Shown in pieces: positions 12,938 to 25,567 of a stretch of DNA of 64,000 nt (the first letter of the stretch is position 1; each line of letters opens with the position of its first letter). The notes under the pieces were generated by a model that ran no database searches, was not told where the DNA came from, and was given only the letters and a program-made list of their open reading frames with translations. Source of the DNA: Macrostomum lignano (lineage: Eukaryota); assembly GCA_002269645.1 (NCBI GenBank), contig NIVC01003279.1, forward strand, positions 1-64,000. The letters are read 5' to 3'. The position numbers and the translations under genes were made by a program.

Positions 12938-13774
12938 TACCTTTTTGCGATCTAGTTTGCCAAAACTGCAATCAATTTTGCCCGCGGAAAAAATATCACT
13001 TATAATTTTGCTGTCTATGCCAAGTCTGCTCAGTCATGACCACAGATACTAAATACCACATGGTTTACTCGACTTTATTTAGCAAAACTACTCTCTGTTC
13101 GGTAGTATGATCGTATAAAGCAATATTTATTCATTCAACTGCATGTAGCTGCGAATAATTGGGCTAAAACATAGATTATTGACGTTGTCTACACAATAAT
13201 CGTAAGTCAAACTTTAATGCTATACTGTCCGTCAAAAGTTCCGGAACCCTTGCTACGATGTCTTCTAGCGGACATAATTTCAGTCCGTTTTAATTGTAAC
13301 TTGATTCAAATGAAAGCTGCGAATCTCAGCTCCATGATGTGGTCAAGAAAAAGTTTATTCGAAGAAGCGCGTGTGAACAGGCCAGTGTTATGTACATAAA
13401 GGTTAGAGAAAAAAAAGTGAGGAAAAGACAAACAAGCTATTGTCTATGGTTGCTGAGTCTATGGAGCAAGCACACATGGGAAGGAATCGGTTTGCGCGCA
13501 GTGTTCAGCCTGGCTAACATTAGTCTATGGCCAAAACTTGTGTTGAAATCAACAGGCTCTTATGGATTCTTGTGCAGTCAGCTTTCATGGGAGAGTAAAA
13601 AGAGTAAAAAACAATTGCTTTTTGGCAAAATTGATTTCAGTTTTCAAAGAGTTGTCTGTGGCTGAAACTCTGGTCATGACTGAGCAGACTTGGCCTAGAC
13701 AGCAAAATTATAAGTGATATTTTTCCGCATGCAAAATTGATTGCAGTTTTGGCAAACTAGATCGCAAAAAGGTA
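12938..13774. mobile_element. About 840-bp MITE, Tc1/mariner-like
   Basis: About 105-bp near-identical TIRs (12938-13042 and 13671-13774) starting TACCTTTTTGCGATC; flanking TA duplication. Confidence 0.85.
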
Positions 13775-14399
13775 TAGTCATGGAGGAAAGAATATTACTC
13801 AGGGACAACTTAAACTACCGGGACGCGAAACAAACCAAATCATGGCGAAAAAGTTGCGGGCTCGTTTGAGTCTATGGGCGCCAGATGCTAAGCTTAGCTG
13901 CTGAAAAGACTAAGGCCACAATATTATTTTTGCTTTAAAAGGTTCAGTCAGTTGTCTAAAAGGTTTTTTATTCAGTTTTAAATTTTTTTGAGTACAAAAA
14001 ACGGCCGTACAGAGCACAATGACATACAATTAGACACGCGAGATATTCACGAAGAAAAGGTTTAAACTTAGCATGGTGTGTATATCGTGGAACGGAACTA
14101 AATAACTTATTTGAGGAGGAACTTATACGGGGACCTGTATACTGTATAGGAAAAACTGGGGTACTAAGCGAAAATTACATATATTTAAGCATGTGAGATA
14201 AGCACAAGAGAAAAAAGTTTAAAAGCATGAAATGGTGTGTTAACAAAAGTACACGGCAACTCGTACTCGTAGAATAGAACACAGAAAATCAGGACTAAAC
14301 AGAAAGAATTTTAGGAGGAACCCAGATGAGGAGCAGCTAGATATGAAAGATTTCGGATTGGAAGATTTAAAACTCCAAAGACAGAATACTAAAAACTAT

Positions 14400-14960
14400 A
14401 CCTCGAATTCACTGGCCTCCCAGTTTGCGTAGCTTTCTGTCGTGCGATGTAGTCGGCGCAGGTGCAACCTTCAATGAGTGCTTTACCAGGCCTTTAAAAT
14501 AAACATTCGTAAGCCGACGACTCATACTGCCGTGTCTATGGAGCTGTCGCACTTCAGTGCTGCAACAGCCTTTTCATTGAAGACTTGGAGAGCGAGTGTT
14601 ACCTTCGTTTTTCTGTATGCTTGAACTGAAGGTTAGCAAGCTTCATGGGTTAATTCCGTTCGTTTGACAACGTGATATTCTTCTGATTTGTACAGTCGGA
14701 TCGCGTCCATCCATTTGGCCGATATAACTGTCTGCACCTGACGGTTGAATATTTAAGGTTCCATTGGATTCAGTTTGCCAATTGTTGCAAGTCTCGAATC
14801 AAAACTGGCGTATGCATAATGAGTGCGCGAACGGAGAAGTTTGGGGCAATAAAAACTGTCTGTCTGTCCGTCTGTATCAAGCACGAAGAGGGAAAGCCAG
14901 AGAAGACAGAAGGCGGATCTTTCGGTCTTTCATATTCTTTAACATGGGGTGTCACTTGGC
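14400..14960 (-). pseudogene. P-element/THAP9-type transposase relic (GTP-binding domain region)
   Basis: About 14750-14523 translates as SAKWMDAIRLYKSEEYHVVKRTELTHEAC*PSVQAYRKTKVTLALQVFNEKAVAALK. This matches the P-family pattern A.W..l..lY..E....K..kLt....P.....KV..A.QVF...v.aAL; in-frame stops present. Confidence 0.6.
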
Positions 14961-15306
14961 CAGTGCTTTTGGCATATGTCCATGTGTTCAGTCACTTTCT
15001 AGAATGGTAAATTTTATCGCAGTGGTTATTTTTAACAATTAGTTTATAATAAATTCATCCACGCATACCAGCGTATGATCGCTTAGAATTAACATCCTTC
15101 TCACCTCAAAAATATTTGGTAGGGTTTGTCTCCAACGCTCCCATTCTCGTGCATCTCAAAGAAGAGAAAATATCGTTGTTCGGCTTTCTTCTGAGTTATA
15201 GTTTGATTTGCAGTTAAAGACGCTACACTTTCTCGACATTTTTCACAGTCGCACAAGAGTTGAGGGCTTTTTATTTGCCCTCACACCTCTTTAGACTGAA
15301 GAGTTG

Positions 15307-17132
15307 TACACCATTTTACCCTCGATTTTGAACGAGGAGAACTTCGAAACTGACAAACTCCTCTTCAATATTGACACTCTATGGTCGGGCACTCAAAATC
15401 TACAATCAATATTGACAGATCAAGCTTCAATTTTGACAATGCACGTTTAGTCAACTTCTGGGAGAATTCGGTAACAAAGTAATCCAATGAAAGCCTGAAC
15501 GGGGCTGAAGTGAGCTGTGCAAAATCAGCTTATTCTGACTTTGCTTTTTGGATCTACAAGTATTGATAAAATTTATTTTTCTCTATCCTTTACACACAGA
15601 CTAAAATAGCCTGACTGGTTGGGCTGCAAAGTCTGATTCTATTTTGACAGAGTTGCTTCAAAACTGACACTCTATGGTTTGTGTACCCAAAAAGTCCGCT
15701 TCATTTTTGACAACTCCGAATCAATATTGAACAGTTAACAATCGATTTTGACTAAGACATTTTTTGAAATAGATTTTGACAATTTTTACTAAGATTTCTC
15801 TCTTGAGGGGGGGGGTACTTGCTATTTGGGAGAAGGGGTACTGGCTGCATGTATCTACGAGTACATGTATGGGAATCTTTCTATCCAGGGATGCTTGCTA
15901 GAGTCCCTGCTCTCTCAAGGGACTCTAGCAAAAGGCCGCTCATTTAACATCCCAAGACAGCAAGCATCCACCCAGATAGCAAGCATCCACCCAGATAGCA
16001 AGCATACACCCAGATAGCAAGCATACACCCAGATAGCAAGCATCCACCCAGATAGCAAGCATACACCCAGATAGCAAGCATACACCCAGATAGCAAGCAT
16101 CCACCCAGATAGCAAGCATCTTGCAGATAGCAAGCATCATCCAGGTAGCAAACATCCACACAGATAGCAAGCATCCACCCAGATAGCAAGCATCCACCCA
16201 GATAGCAAGCATCCACCCAGATAGCAAGCATACACCCAGATAGCAAGCATACACCCAGATAGCAAGCATACACCCAGATAGCAAGCATCCACCCAGATAG
16301 CAAGCATCCACCCAGATAGCAAGCATACACCCAGATAGCAAGCATCCTGCAGATAGCAAGCATACACCCAGATAGCAAGCATCCTGCAGATAGCAAGCAT
16401 CCCTCAGATAGAAGCATCTACCCAGATAGCAATCATCTACCCAGATAGCAAGCATACACCCAGATAGCAAGCATCCACCCAGATAGCAAGCATCCTGCAG
16501 ATAGCAAACATCCACCCAGATAGCAAGCATCCCTGGATAGAAAGATTCCCATACATGTACTCGTAGATACATGCAGCCAGTACCCCTTCTCCCAAATAGC
16601 AAGTACCCCCCTCAAGAGAGAAATCTTAGTAAAAATTGTCAAAATCTATTTCAAAAAATGTCTTAGTCAAAATCGATTGTTAACTGTTCAATATTGATTC
16701 GGAGTTGTCAAAAATGAAGCGGACTTTTTGGGTACACAAACCATAGAGTGTCAGTTTTGAAGCAACTCTGTCAAAATAGAATCAGACTTTGCAGCCCAAC
16801 CAGTCAGGCTATTTTAGTCTGTGTGTAAAGGATAGAGAAAAATAAATTTTATCAATACTTGTAGATCCAAAAAGCAAAGTCAGAATAAGCTGATTTTGCA
16901 CAGCTCACTTCAGCCCCGTTCAGGCTTTCATTGGATTACTTTGTTACCGAATTCTCCCAGAAGTTGACTAAACGTGCATTGTCAAAATTGAACCAGAGTT
17001 TGTCAAAATTGAAGCTTGATCTGTCAATATTGATTGTAGATTTTGAGTGCCCGACCATAGAGTGTCAATATTGAAGAGGAGTTTGTCAGTTTCGAAGTTC
17101 TCCTTGTTCAAAATCGAGGGTAAAATGGTGTA
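15307..17132. mobile_element. Foldback element: about 600-bp near-identical inverted arms around a minisatellite
   Basis: 15307-15900 is the reverse complement of 16521-17132 apart from G-run length, a roughly 20-bp duplication and rare SNPs. Termini TACACC...GGTGTA with flanking GTTG duplication (alternatively CACC...GGTG with a TA TSD). Confidence 0.9.
15960..16530. repeat. 20-bp minisatellite (cccagatagcaagcatacac), about 28 copies, in the foldback centre
   Basis: Direct inspection; the unit shares gatagcaagcatcc with the inner end of the right arm. Confidence 0.95.
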
Positions 17133-17631
17133 GTTGGAACGGCCATAGAGCGCTGCTTTCAAACGAGCCCCCAACTTTTTTCACCATTATTTGGCTTGTT
17201 TCGCATCCCTGTAGTTTTAGTAGTCCCTGGGTATTACTATTATTGTGCAATAGACGTTTGTGTCCTTGGCAAAGTGGGACATAATAATCCAGCGTTAATT
17301 CGTACTTTGAATTATAGAAAGTACGAACTAATAGAAAACGCTAAGCTATATGCATATAAAACACGCCTACACTCCATCTACCGGCTTGAGTTTAGTTTAA
17401 ACTCAAAATAAAAGATACAGGGACAAATATTGAGTAGTCCCTGATAAAATAACTATTTATAGGGTATTTATTTCAGTTACCGTGCAAATAACGACTGCCT
17501 ACAATTATATGTGTCCTGTGCCTATACAAACCATTAAAATGGCACGGCTCGGCTATTTGGTTTTAGGAATCTATTTTATCATTCTTAGCTGACTGTGAAA
17601 CAAAATGTGTAGCAGAGATGATAAAATGCTA

Positions 17632-17891
17632 GCACAGACAACTGCCTGCAAACTGCCTGCACAGACAACTGCCTGCAAACTGCCTGCACAGACAACTGCC
17701 TGCAAACTGCCTGCACAGACAACTGCCTGCAAACTGCCTGCACAGACAACTGCCTGCAAACTGCCTGCACAGACAACTGCCTGCAAACTGCCTGCACAGA
17801 CAACTGCCTGCAAACTGCCTGCACAGACAACTGCCTGCAAACTGCCTGCACAGACAACTGCCTGCAAACTGCCTGCACAGACAACTGCCTG
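17632..17891. repeat. 27-bp minisatellite (acagacaactgcctgcaaactgcctgc), about 9.5 copies
   Basis: Perfect tandem copies. Confidence 0.95.
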
Positions 17892-18240
17892 CGGCGACAG
17901 CTTACTGTGGAGACAATGACTGCTAGCTGAGCTTGTTCAACAACTCATAGCGCAACTTATAGTTATTGTTAGTAATTAGAAGAAAATATAAACACCAAAC
18001 AGAAAAATGAAAAACATGTTTTGTGTAATTAATTCAAAATTATGTTATTATATAAAGAAAGGTAAAAAATATCAAAAGATGAACTCTGGGTCCGCCTCCT
18101 ATTGAAAGCAATAACAATTTTTGTGCTGAAAGAATGAAACTCTCTATCTCCATAGTGTATTTTTCGGCGAAAACCAGCCGGCCTCCTTAACTTTTTCTAA
18201 GAAACGTAGCTTCCCGTCCTGATCTACTTAAATAGTCCGA

Positions 18241-18460
18241 TCAGGCACGTCGCCAAAGGGGGGGACAGGGGGGACATGCTATGATGGGGACATGCCAATG
18301 CTTTGTGCCCCCCCCCACCTTGCGACTCGTTGTGGTAATAAATAATGTTTCTTCAGGGCGCCAAAAGGAATGCCTGCGGCGCCAAAATGAGTGCCTGTGG
18401 CGCTAAAGTGAGTACCTGTGGCGCCAAAATGAGCGCTGACAACACGATTATCAAAATAAT
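18241..18460 (+). mobile_element. Interspersed repeat (DNA-transposon-like end) with internal 21-bp ggcgccaaaatgagtgcctgt units; CpG-intact copy
   Basis: Homologous to the inverted copy at 36660-36950, sharing the G-run head, the 21-bp units and the tail gagcgctgacaacacgattatcaaaataa. Confidence 0.7.
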
Positions 18461-19023
18461 GGAATTGTAGGAATTTAGTCATGTCATGTCATTAGTCATG
18501 ATGTACATGCTGAATTCTTGGCGACCTCCCCACCTTAAAATCCATGGCAACGCCCATGGTAGTCCTTGTCGCGCTGCCACACGGCCCAAAAGTTTTGCAT
18601 GCCATCGGCGATTTAGAAATGGCTGCCGCCGCCAGACGCCAACGCAAAGTGGGGCATACCATGTAAAAGGAACGGCCGTGAGGGGTAGTGTTGTGCAAAG
18701 CAATTCGCACATTTAAACTGGCCGTCAAAATCTCCTCAAATCGACATAAACCTCCACCGAGCATTCAGAGTTAATTTAGCAGCCGCGCAGAATGCTGAAC
18801 CGTTGCGACAGGCGGTTTTGAATGTCATGGCAGCAGCTGCACAGAGTTCATCAACCGGGCTCGCTGCATATGGTGATCAGGATGCCACGATGACACGACG
18901 AGAGTGATGACACTTTTGCCTTTTGCCACTCTGCCATTCAGAGTCATTGCTTAAATTTTTTGCTGCGTGACAGCGTGAGTTGGGGGGGGGGGACGGTCAC
19001 GTATACGTGTAGGGTGTGCTAGA

Positions 19024-19200
19024 GGGGGCCGTAGGCCAGCGGTAGCGCAGCTGCTCTGGTGTGCCAGCGACCCAGGCTCGATTCCAAGTGCAGTCACATT
19101 AATTTGGGGCAGAATTGGAATCTCGGCTTGGCTCTGCTCGTGCAATTAACGGCCTTGAGAGCCAACCCCCCAAGGCGCAGTGAAGTGTACATGCCTAACG
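19024..19200 (+). mobile_element. tRNA-derived SINE head
   Basis: gggggccgtaggccagcggtagcgc (A-box-like) and ggctcgattcc (B-box-like, about 19075-19085); no complete tRNA cloverleaf. Confidence 0.5.
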
Positions 19201-19207
19201 ATAATAT

Positions 19208-21199
19208 TGATGGGTTTCGACCTTCGGGCTCCTTGTTAGGAAGCCTTCGGGCCTCAGGCCTCAGAAATAAATCAATTAGAGTCCTGGCCCCCCACTCCTG
19301 TCAGATGGTCAGCCCCATGGTAGCTTGATCGTGTGGCGAGCAGTCTAGGTCCTATAGCTAAGAGAGGGACAGCGAGAGACAAGCAGGGAGAATTTTGAAG
19401 GTAGAAATTAGTTAACCCGCAGGTTAAGCTAACTCGCTGCCACCAGCCCGTGCGTCCTGGCTCACCACACCGGGACTCTCGAAATCGGGCTTCCGACTAG
19501 AAGGGGCTTTGCACTTACCTGCCAACTAGTGTCTTTTTGCTGTCAATCTCGAAGTCATAGCCGATGATAAGGGACACTGCTGGGACTAGATCGCATTGGC
19601 CATGCAGGTACAGAGGGGACTTGTGCAGGGGATTCTTGCAGTGGCGAGTCTATGGGGTAGCTACATGTACTATTACATTGCTAAATACGAAGATATGTAC
19701 TTTTGGCCTTCGACGCGCCAACTAGCCTCTCATAGCGCTGATGTTAGACTAACTCGAACTTCAGAGACCGCATGATTCATTACCCGAGCCGCTTGGCGAA
19801 CCTAGAGTGCACAAAGTACATCTCTGGCGCCGATTCTGCACTTCTGGCAGTTTTGCTCACTGATTTGATTGATAGATCGACTGAGAACTGCCTTGCCATT
19901 GGCCCACTGTGACCGGCGCCTACTAGCTTAGCTACTCATCTGAGCCATCGGCGAACAAAGAAATAAAACCGATAAAAATAACTGTCAGATTTAACCTTCT
20001 CCTTAGATCACTTCACACTTCAGATCGAATTGGAGTTTCAGACTACTAGCAGTATTATTGAATGATTTCTGCCTCAGTAACAGCACTACTGAACAAAATG
20101 AGCAAAAGTGTGCGCCTAATTCAGCTACTGAAACAGGGGACAGACAGGGAATCACCCAATCAAGCAAGTCTAGGTAGCCTCTCACCCAACCAATCAGAAA
20201 CTCAACAGCCGGAAACCAGGTAATCCACAGTGACCGAATCGGCTTGATGCTCTGTAGCTGTAGACTCAGGATGATGCTGATACAATCTTCGCTAATAGCT
20301 AGCAGGTGATGATCTTCGCTTGATGTTCGCTGCTGATGACCGGGGGATTCGTCCTTGATGATGATGGGGGGGGGAAGTCGCAATCCGGGGATCAAGAAAC
20401 GACGGTCGCGCTCCGGGAACCAGAAGTTGCGTGCTGGACCAGAGCCAAAGTTGAGTCCGAGCGGGCCAAAAACTCCGGTTTAAATAGCCGCCAACTGGAC
20501 CGCAGTTTGTTATAACGGAACACGTCGATTCTGATTGGCTGAGCCGTTTTGTTAAAATGAGCGCCGAATTTTCTGATTGGCTAAGCTTGTTGCCACCCAG
20601 AATCACGTGACCGAGAGATCCTATCAGTTCCCACAGGGTCGTAAAAAGATGCCAGGTGCGGCCATAAATCACTCAAAATCGCAACAAAATGATTTATGAC
20701 TTTTCGCGTAGGATTGACAGAAATTAATGAAAAAATATACATTAGAAAGCTCTTATTAAATAGAAAGTGAAGATAATGAAGAGAAATTGCTAATCGCTAA
20801 TCCCAAAGTACTTTTAGGGGTAAAACGCATAGCTGTCAAAGCTGTCACACGCTTGAGTGAATCCGAACAATAGGCTCTGACCTCATAAATCTTGATGGCC
20901 TGTCAAAATGATGAGAAAAAAGCTACCGCCCGCATCCTCTCAGACCATCTGGCGCCCGTCTCAACACTGAGTGAGGCGCAGGTGGCTGTCAGACCAGCTT
21001 CGAAAGCGATGATTTATGACCCAAAAAGCAATGCCTATGTTATTATGACTACTAGTATGGCCAGACATTATATCTAGTATACATTCAATGACAATTTGCA
21101 GAAAAAGGATAAAAATGCCCCTTGCCCACTGTTAGTAGGCAAGTAAGTTTTAGAGCCCATGTGCTAGCGCGGGATTTGGGAAAAAGAGCGTCCTCATCA
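19208..21199 (-). mobile_element. Solo LTR (about 1.99 kb, Ty3/Gypsy-like), copy B
   Basis: Termini TGATG...CATCA; perfect 4-bp TSD ATAT (19204-19207 and 21200-21203); inverted homolog of 6360-8193. Confidence 0.85.
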
Positions 21200-23081
21200 A
21201 TATAAAGTTAGGGCCGCTGTACACTCCTGTGTGAGTGTGTGCCTGCGTACGTATCCGCGCGCTTGTATGCCTGCTCAGGGGAGTCGGCGGAATGGGCAGT
21301 AATGCCTCTCGCCGGTTGTGTGCCTATGTCGCTTAAAGTGCGCCAGGGTTCACACAACCCCCCTGCCTCAAATAAAAAAGTAGGGTGTGCTACAGAATTT
21401 GTATTCTTCGTTCGGTGTATTCATTGTACGATCGAGCTACTATTGAGCTTTGTGTGCAGATCCTGGGCAATGCAGCACGTACTTACCCAGATTGTCTGGA
21501 AGGTAGACACTGCAATTGTAGCCGCTGGAATGTGCACTGTGAAGAGAAACACGCCAATGGGACAGAACAGCTCTGTTGATACAGCAGCTGATCGGAGTGG
21601 TCAGGTAAGTTGCAAGTTGCATGTAAGTTGCAACAGCTTCCACCATAAGAAGTTTTGAATGGATCCCTCGGTTTGAGCAAAGCTGGGAATGGTACAATGG
21701 GATATTTTCCCCTACAAATCCCCGATCACATCTGATTTAAAAGGTAAATATTAAACTTGTTCCCGTTGAAAAACGATCGATATACAGTACGAGTGTTATA
21801 CAATTCCAGACGAGTAAATCCGACAGAACCAAAACAATGTAATAAAGTCCCAAAGATTTTCAAAATACAGGTGGATTATTTGAATAAATGACGATTTCAA
21901 ATTATTGGGACCCATTTTTTCAATCGTCACAAACTGTTCCTGACAAATGGAAGTTTAACTAATAAAACGATTAACGTTTATAACAAAAAGTAAACATAAA
22001 TATTTTTCTCTTGTTTAAAGGCGTAAAATGTTTGGTGCAGGAAAAGTATTTTTCTAGTTTATTTCTTATTTTACTTTTTTGATGTATATAGAGAAATATT
22101 TTCGTATCGATGGTATTTTAAGCGTCAGGCATTCGACATCGAAAAATACAATTTCGCTACTTCAATTCAAAGCCAAGTTGTTATTAACTATAGCATATTT
22201 TGGACTTCGGAGTCTCGTACTATTAATTTTTTTATTTTTCCAAGTCTCTCAGAGCCAGAGGTGCTAGCGTTAACCAAAGAAAGACAAAATTATCAATCGT
22301 TTAATCGGCTTACATCGTATAGTGCACGTCAAAGCTTGCGTTCAATTCCTTTACAAATTTTCTATTTAAATTTAGCCGTCCATCGGTCAACTCCCAACAA
22401 CGTATAAAAAGCTGTTGACGGACAACCTTAAAAACAATTTAAATCTGATAAAATATACAATCGATTTTTATGTCCCAACATAAGTTAGCTTTTGACAATG
22501 AATTGTTGTCTTTTACTAGCCATACATAGTTTAAAGTAACTAAGGGAATTAATTGCCTCTTTATCTAATAACTTTTACAAGACTTTTAATAAAAATGAAC
22601 CTAAATTCAAAACAACATAATACTTCTGCAGAGTTTATTGAAAATTATAGATAATATTGCTTAAGCAGTAGTATTTAAGTTGAATTAAGTTTCATACAAG
22701 TTTTTAATATAAAATTCATTAGAATTGCTAAATAGGCATTTGATTGAAGAATAATATCTCAGTTATTTGAAGCCTCTAGATTGGGTTATCATCAATTCAA
22801 ATAGATGTTTTTATTTTCTATTATGCTATTGCCAAACTGGCAACTCTTGGCCCTATGGTATTTGTATTTATTTCATTATGTCTGGCAATTGGAGGCTGTA
22901 GAATTCTATATTCACAGATGCTCTTTATTAAATATCTGGCTATTATAATTTTTTTTAAAGTTTATAAAAAAATTTTTGAACCTTCACTTATAATTTTACA
23001 GCTTGTTTTTCCTTGGTAATTCAGTTTTACTTCTGGCATTAACAATCTATTCATTTGTTTTGTTATTTTTTGTCCTTTGAG

Positions 23082-25567
23082 ATGGAAGCTCCAATAGCAA
23101 GCGCTTGCTGCTGCCCCGCTTTCTGGCTGACGAACGGTTCGCCCTCATCGCCGAGTGGTTCGATCCACAGGCCGCCATCGTGCGCCGCTACCAGCTGCTT
23201 TACTATACCGCCGACAACACTGTCGAGATGTTCGACCTCAAAAACCGGCGCTCCTTTCTTCGCCGGACCACCGTGGACAACCTGAAGCTCGCCGACCTGT
23301 TTATCGGCAACACCGTCAACGTGCTGTCCCGCCAGCTCACCTTCACTGACTACGGCGACGACTTCACGAAGCGGCGCCTCGGCCAGCGCACCGAGCGGAC
23401 CTGCGCGCTGGTGAAGCCGGCCGCCTTCGCCAAGGCCGGCGCCATCTTGGAGGCCGCGCAGGCCGCCGGCCTCTCCGTGGCCAACCTGCGCATGGGCCGT
23501 TTGGACAGGTGGGGCGGTGGTGCAGCGGCCCGCCTTCATCACTCGATGCCCTCGATCCACTTTGAAGTAATGATTTATTAGCAAACCTTTCCAATCCCCT
23601 TTGCAGGTCGGAAGCTTTGGAGTTTTACCGCGAGCACGAGGGCAAATCCTTCCTGCCCCAGCTGCTCGGCTCCATCACGTCCGGCCCCATCATGGCCATC
23701 GAGCTGATGGGTCCTGACGCTGTGCAGGTGAATTCTGAAGATTCGCTTTGACGTCAATGGAAATTCCCATTCAGATTCCAATGGAAATTCCCACTCAGAT
23801 TCCAATGGAGAATCCCACTCCGATTCCAATGGAGAATCCCACTCCGATTCCAATGGAGAATCCCACTCAGATTCCAATGGAGAATCCCACTCAGATTCCA
23901 ATGGAGAATCCCACTCAGATTCCAATGGAGAATCCCACTCAGATTCCAATGGAGAATCCCACTCAGATTCCAATGGAGAATCCCACTCAGATTCCAATGG
24001 AGAATCCCACTCAGATTCCAATGGAGAATCCCACTCAGATTCCAATGGCGAATTTCAATCCGCCATCTTTGCCGCAGGCCTGGCGGAGTCTCATCGGGCC
24101 GACCGACCCGGCCAGAGCCCGACAGGAGGCGCCGACCAGCCTGAGGGCCCGCTTCGGCCAGGACGCCACCAACAACGCCGTCCACGGCTCCGACAGCGAG
24201 GCGAGCGCCGCCCGCGAGCTCGGCTTCTTCTTCCCGGCCAGCGGGCCCGCCCGAGTCGCCAACACCTCCGGCGGCGGCGAAGGCTGCACCTGCGGCCTGG
24301 TGAAGCCGCACGCCGTCGCCTCCGGCTGCCTCGGCCAGATCCTGTCCGCCATCGCGGAGGCTGGCTTCTCCATCAACGCCATTGCGATGTTCCGCCTGGA
24401 CAAGGCGAACGCTGAGGAGTTCCTAGAGGTCTACAAAGGCGTGGTGGCCGAATACAGCTCCATGGTGGCCGAGCTCACCTCCGGCCCCTGCGTCGTCTTG
24501 GAGATCGGCGGACCCGGCGACGTGTACAAGGAGTTCCGCGAGTTCTGCGGCCCCGCCGACCCAGTGAGCATCGGCGGCCCTGGGGATTTCTGCACAGACT
24601 CGCATTGGCTTAGGGCGAATCCCAGTGTGTTTATGGGCGAATCCCAGTGTGGTTTATGGGCGAATCCCAGTGTAGTTTATGGGCGAATCCCAGTGTAGTT
24701 TTTAGGCGAATCCCAGTGTGGTTTATGGGCGAATCCCAGCGTGGTTTATGGGCGAATCCCAGTGTGGTTTATGGGCGAATCCCAGTGTGGTTTATGGGCG
24801 AATCCCAGTGTGGTTTATGGGCGAATCCCAGTGTGGTTTATGGGCGAATCCCAGTGTGGTTTATGGGCGAATCCCAGTGTAGTTTTTAGGCGAATCCCTG
24901 TGTGGTTTATGGGCGAATCCCAGTGTGGTTTATGGGCGAATCCCAGTGTGGTTTATGGGCGAATCCCAGTGTGGTTTATGGGCGAATCCCAGTGTGGTTT
25001 ATGGGCGAATCCCAGTGTGGTTTATGGGCGAATCCCAGTGTAGTTTTTAGGCGAATCCCAGTGTAGTTTATGGGCGAATCCCAGTGTGTTTTATGGGCGA
25101 ATCCCAGTGTGTTTTATGGGCGAATCCCAGTGTAGTTTTTAGGCGAATCCCAGTGTGGTTTATGGGCGAATCCCAGTGTGTTTTATGGGCGAATCCCAGT
25201 GTGGTTTATGGGCGAATCCCAGTGGTTTGTGGGCGACCAAGTTTCTGCTAATTCTGATGCGGTTCTGATGACGAGGCAGGCAGTAGGCGAACCCTACTGC
25301 CCTAGTAGCGAGTGCAGGGACTACACTGTCCCTGGCCAAACAAGCCGGTCCCAGGACACTAGCCACCCGAATGTGCTTGCCGGTCCCAGGACACTAGCCA
25401 CCCGAATGCCCCCTCAAAATTGACAGGAGATCGCCCGCCACCTGCGGCCGCGCACCCTGCGGGCCCGGTTCGGCAAGGACAAGGTGCAGAACGCCGTGCA
25501 CTGCACTGACCTGCCCGAGGACACGCAGCTCGAGGTGCAGTACTTCTTTGAGATCCTAGACAAGTAG
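23082..25567 (+). CDS. NME7: Nucleoside diphosphate kinase 7 (DM10 plus two NDK domains). Exons about 23082/23102-23508, 23607-23727, 24078-24563, 25427-25567; start codon unresolved.
   Basis: [13 protein letters not shown]...RRYQLLYY...[15 protein letters not shown] (DM10), [50 protein letters not shown]; GT-AG junctions keep the frame. Confidence 0.93.
23757..24048. repeat. 24-bp intronic minisatellite (gattccaatggagaatcccactca), about 12 copies
   Basis: NME7 intron; unit contains a GATTC/GAATC inverted core. Confidence 0.95.
24612..25222. repeat. 23-bp intronic minisatellite (ggcgaatcccagtgtggtttatg), about 26 copies
   Basis: NME7 last intron. Confidence 0.95.

Noticed and set aside
19205-19270. 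Hammerhead-ribozyme-like motif (CTGA...GGCC...GAAAC) at the LTR 3' end, also about 8140-8190
   Set aside because: No intact CUGANGA core, stems I and III cannot be formed, and the two copies do not conserve the pairing.
25275-25410. GC hairpin followed by CTAG (possible Helitron 3' end) and a 30-bp duplication in the NME7 intron
   Set aside because: Hairpin-to-CTAG spacing is atypical and no matching 5' end was found.
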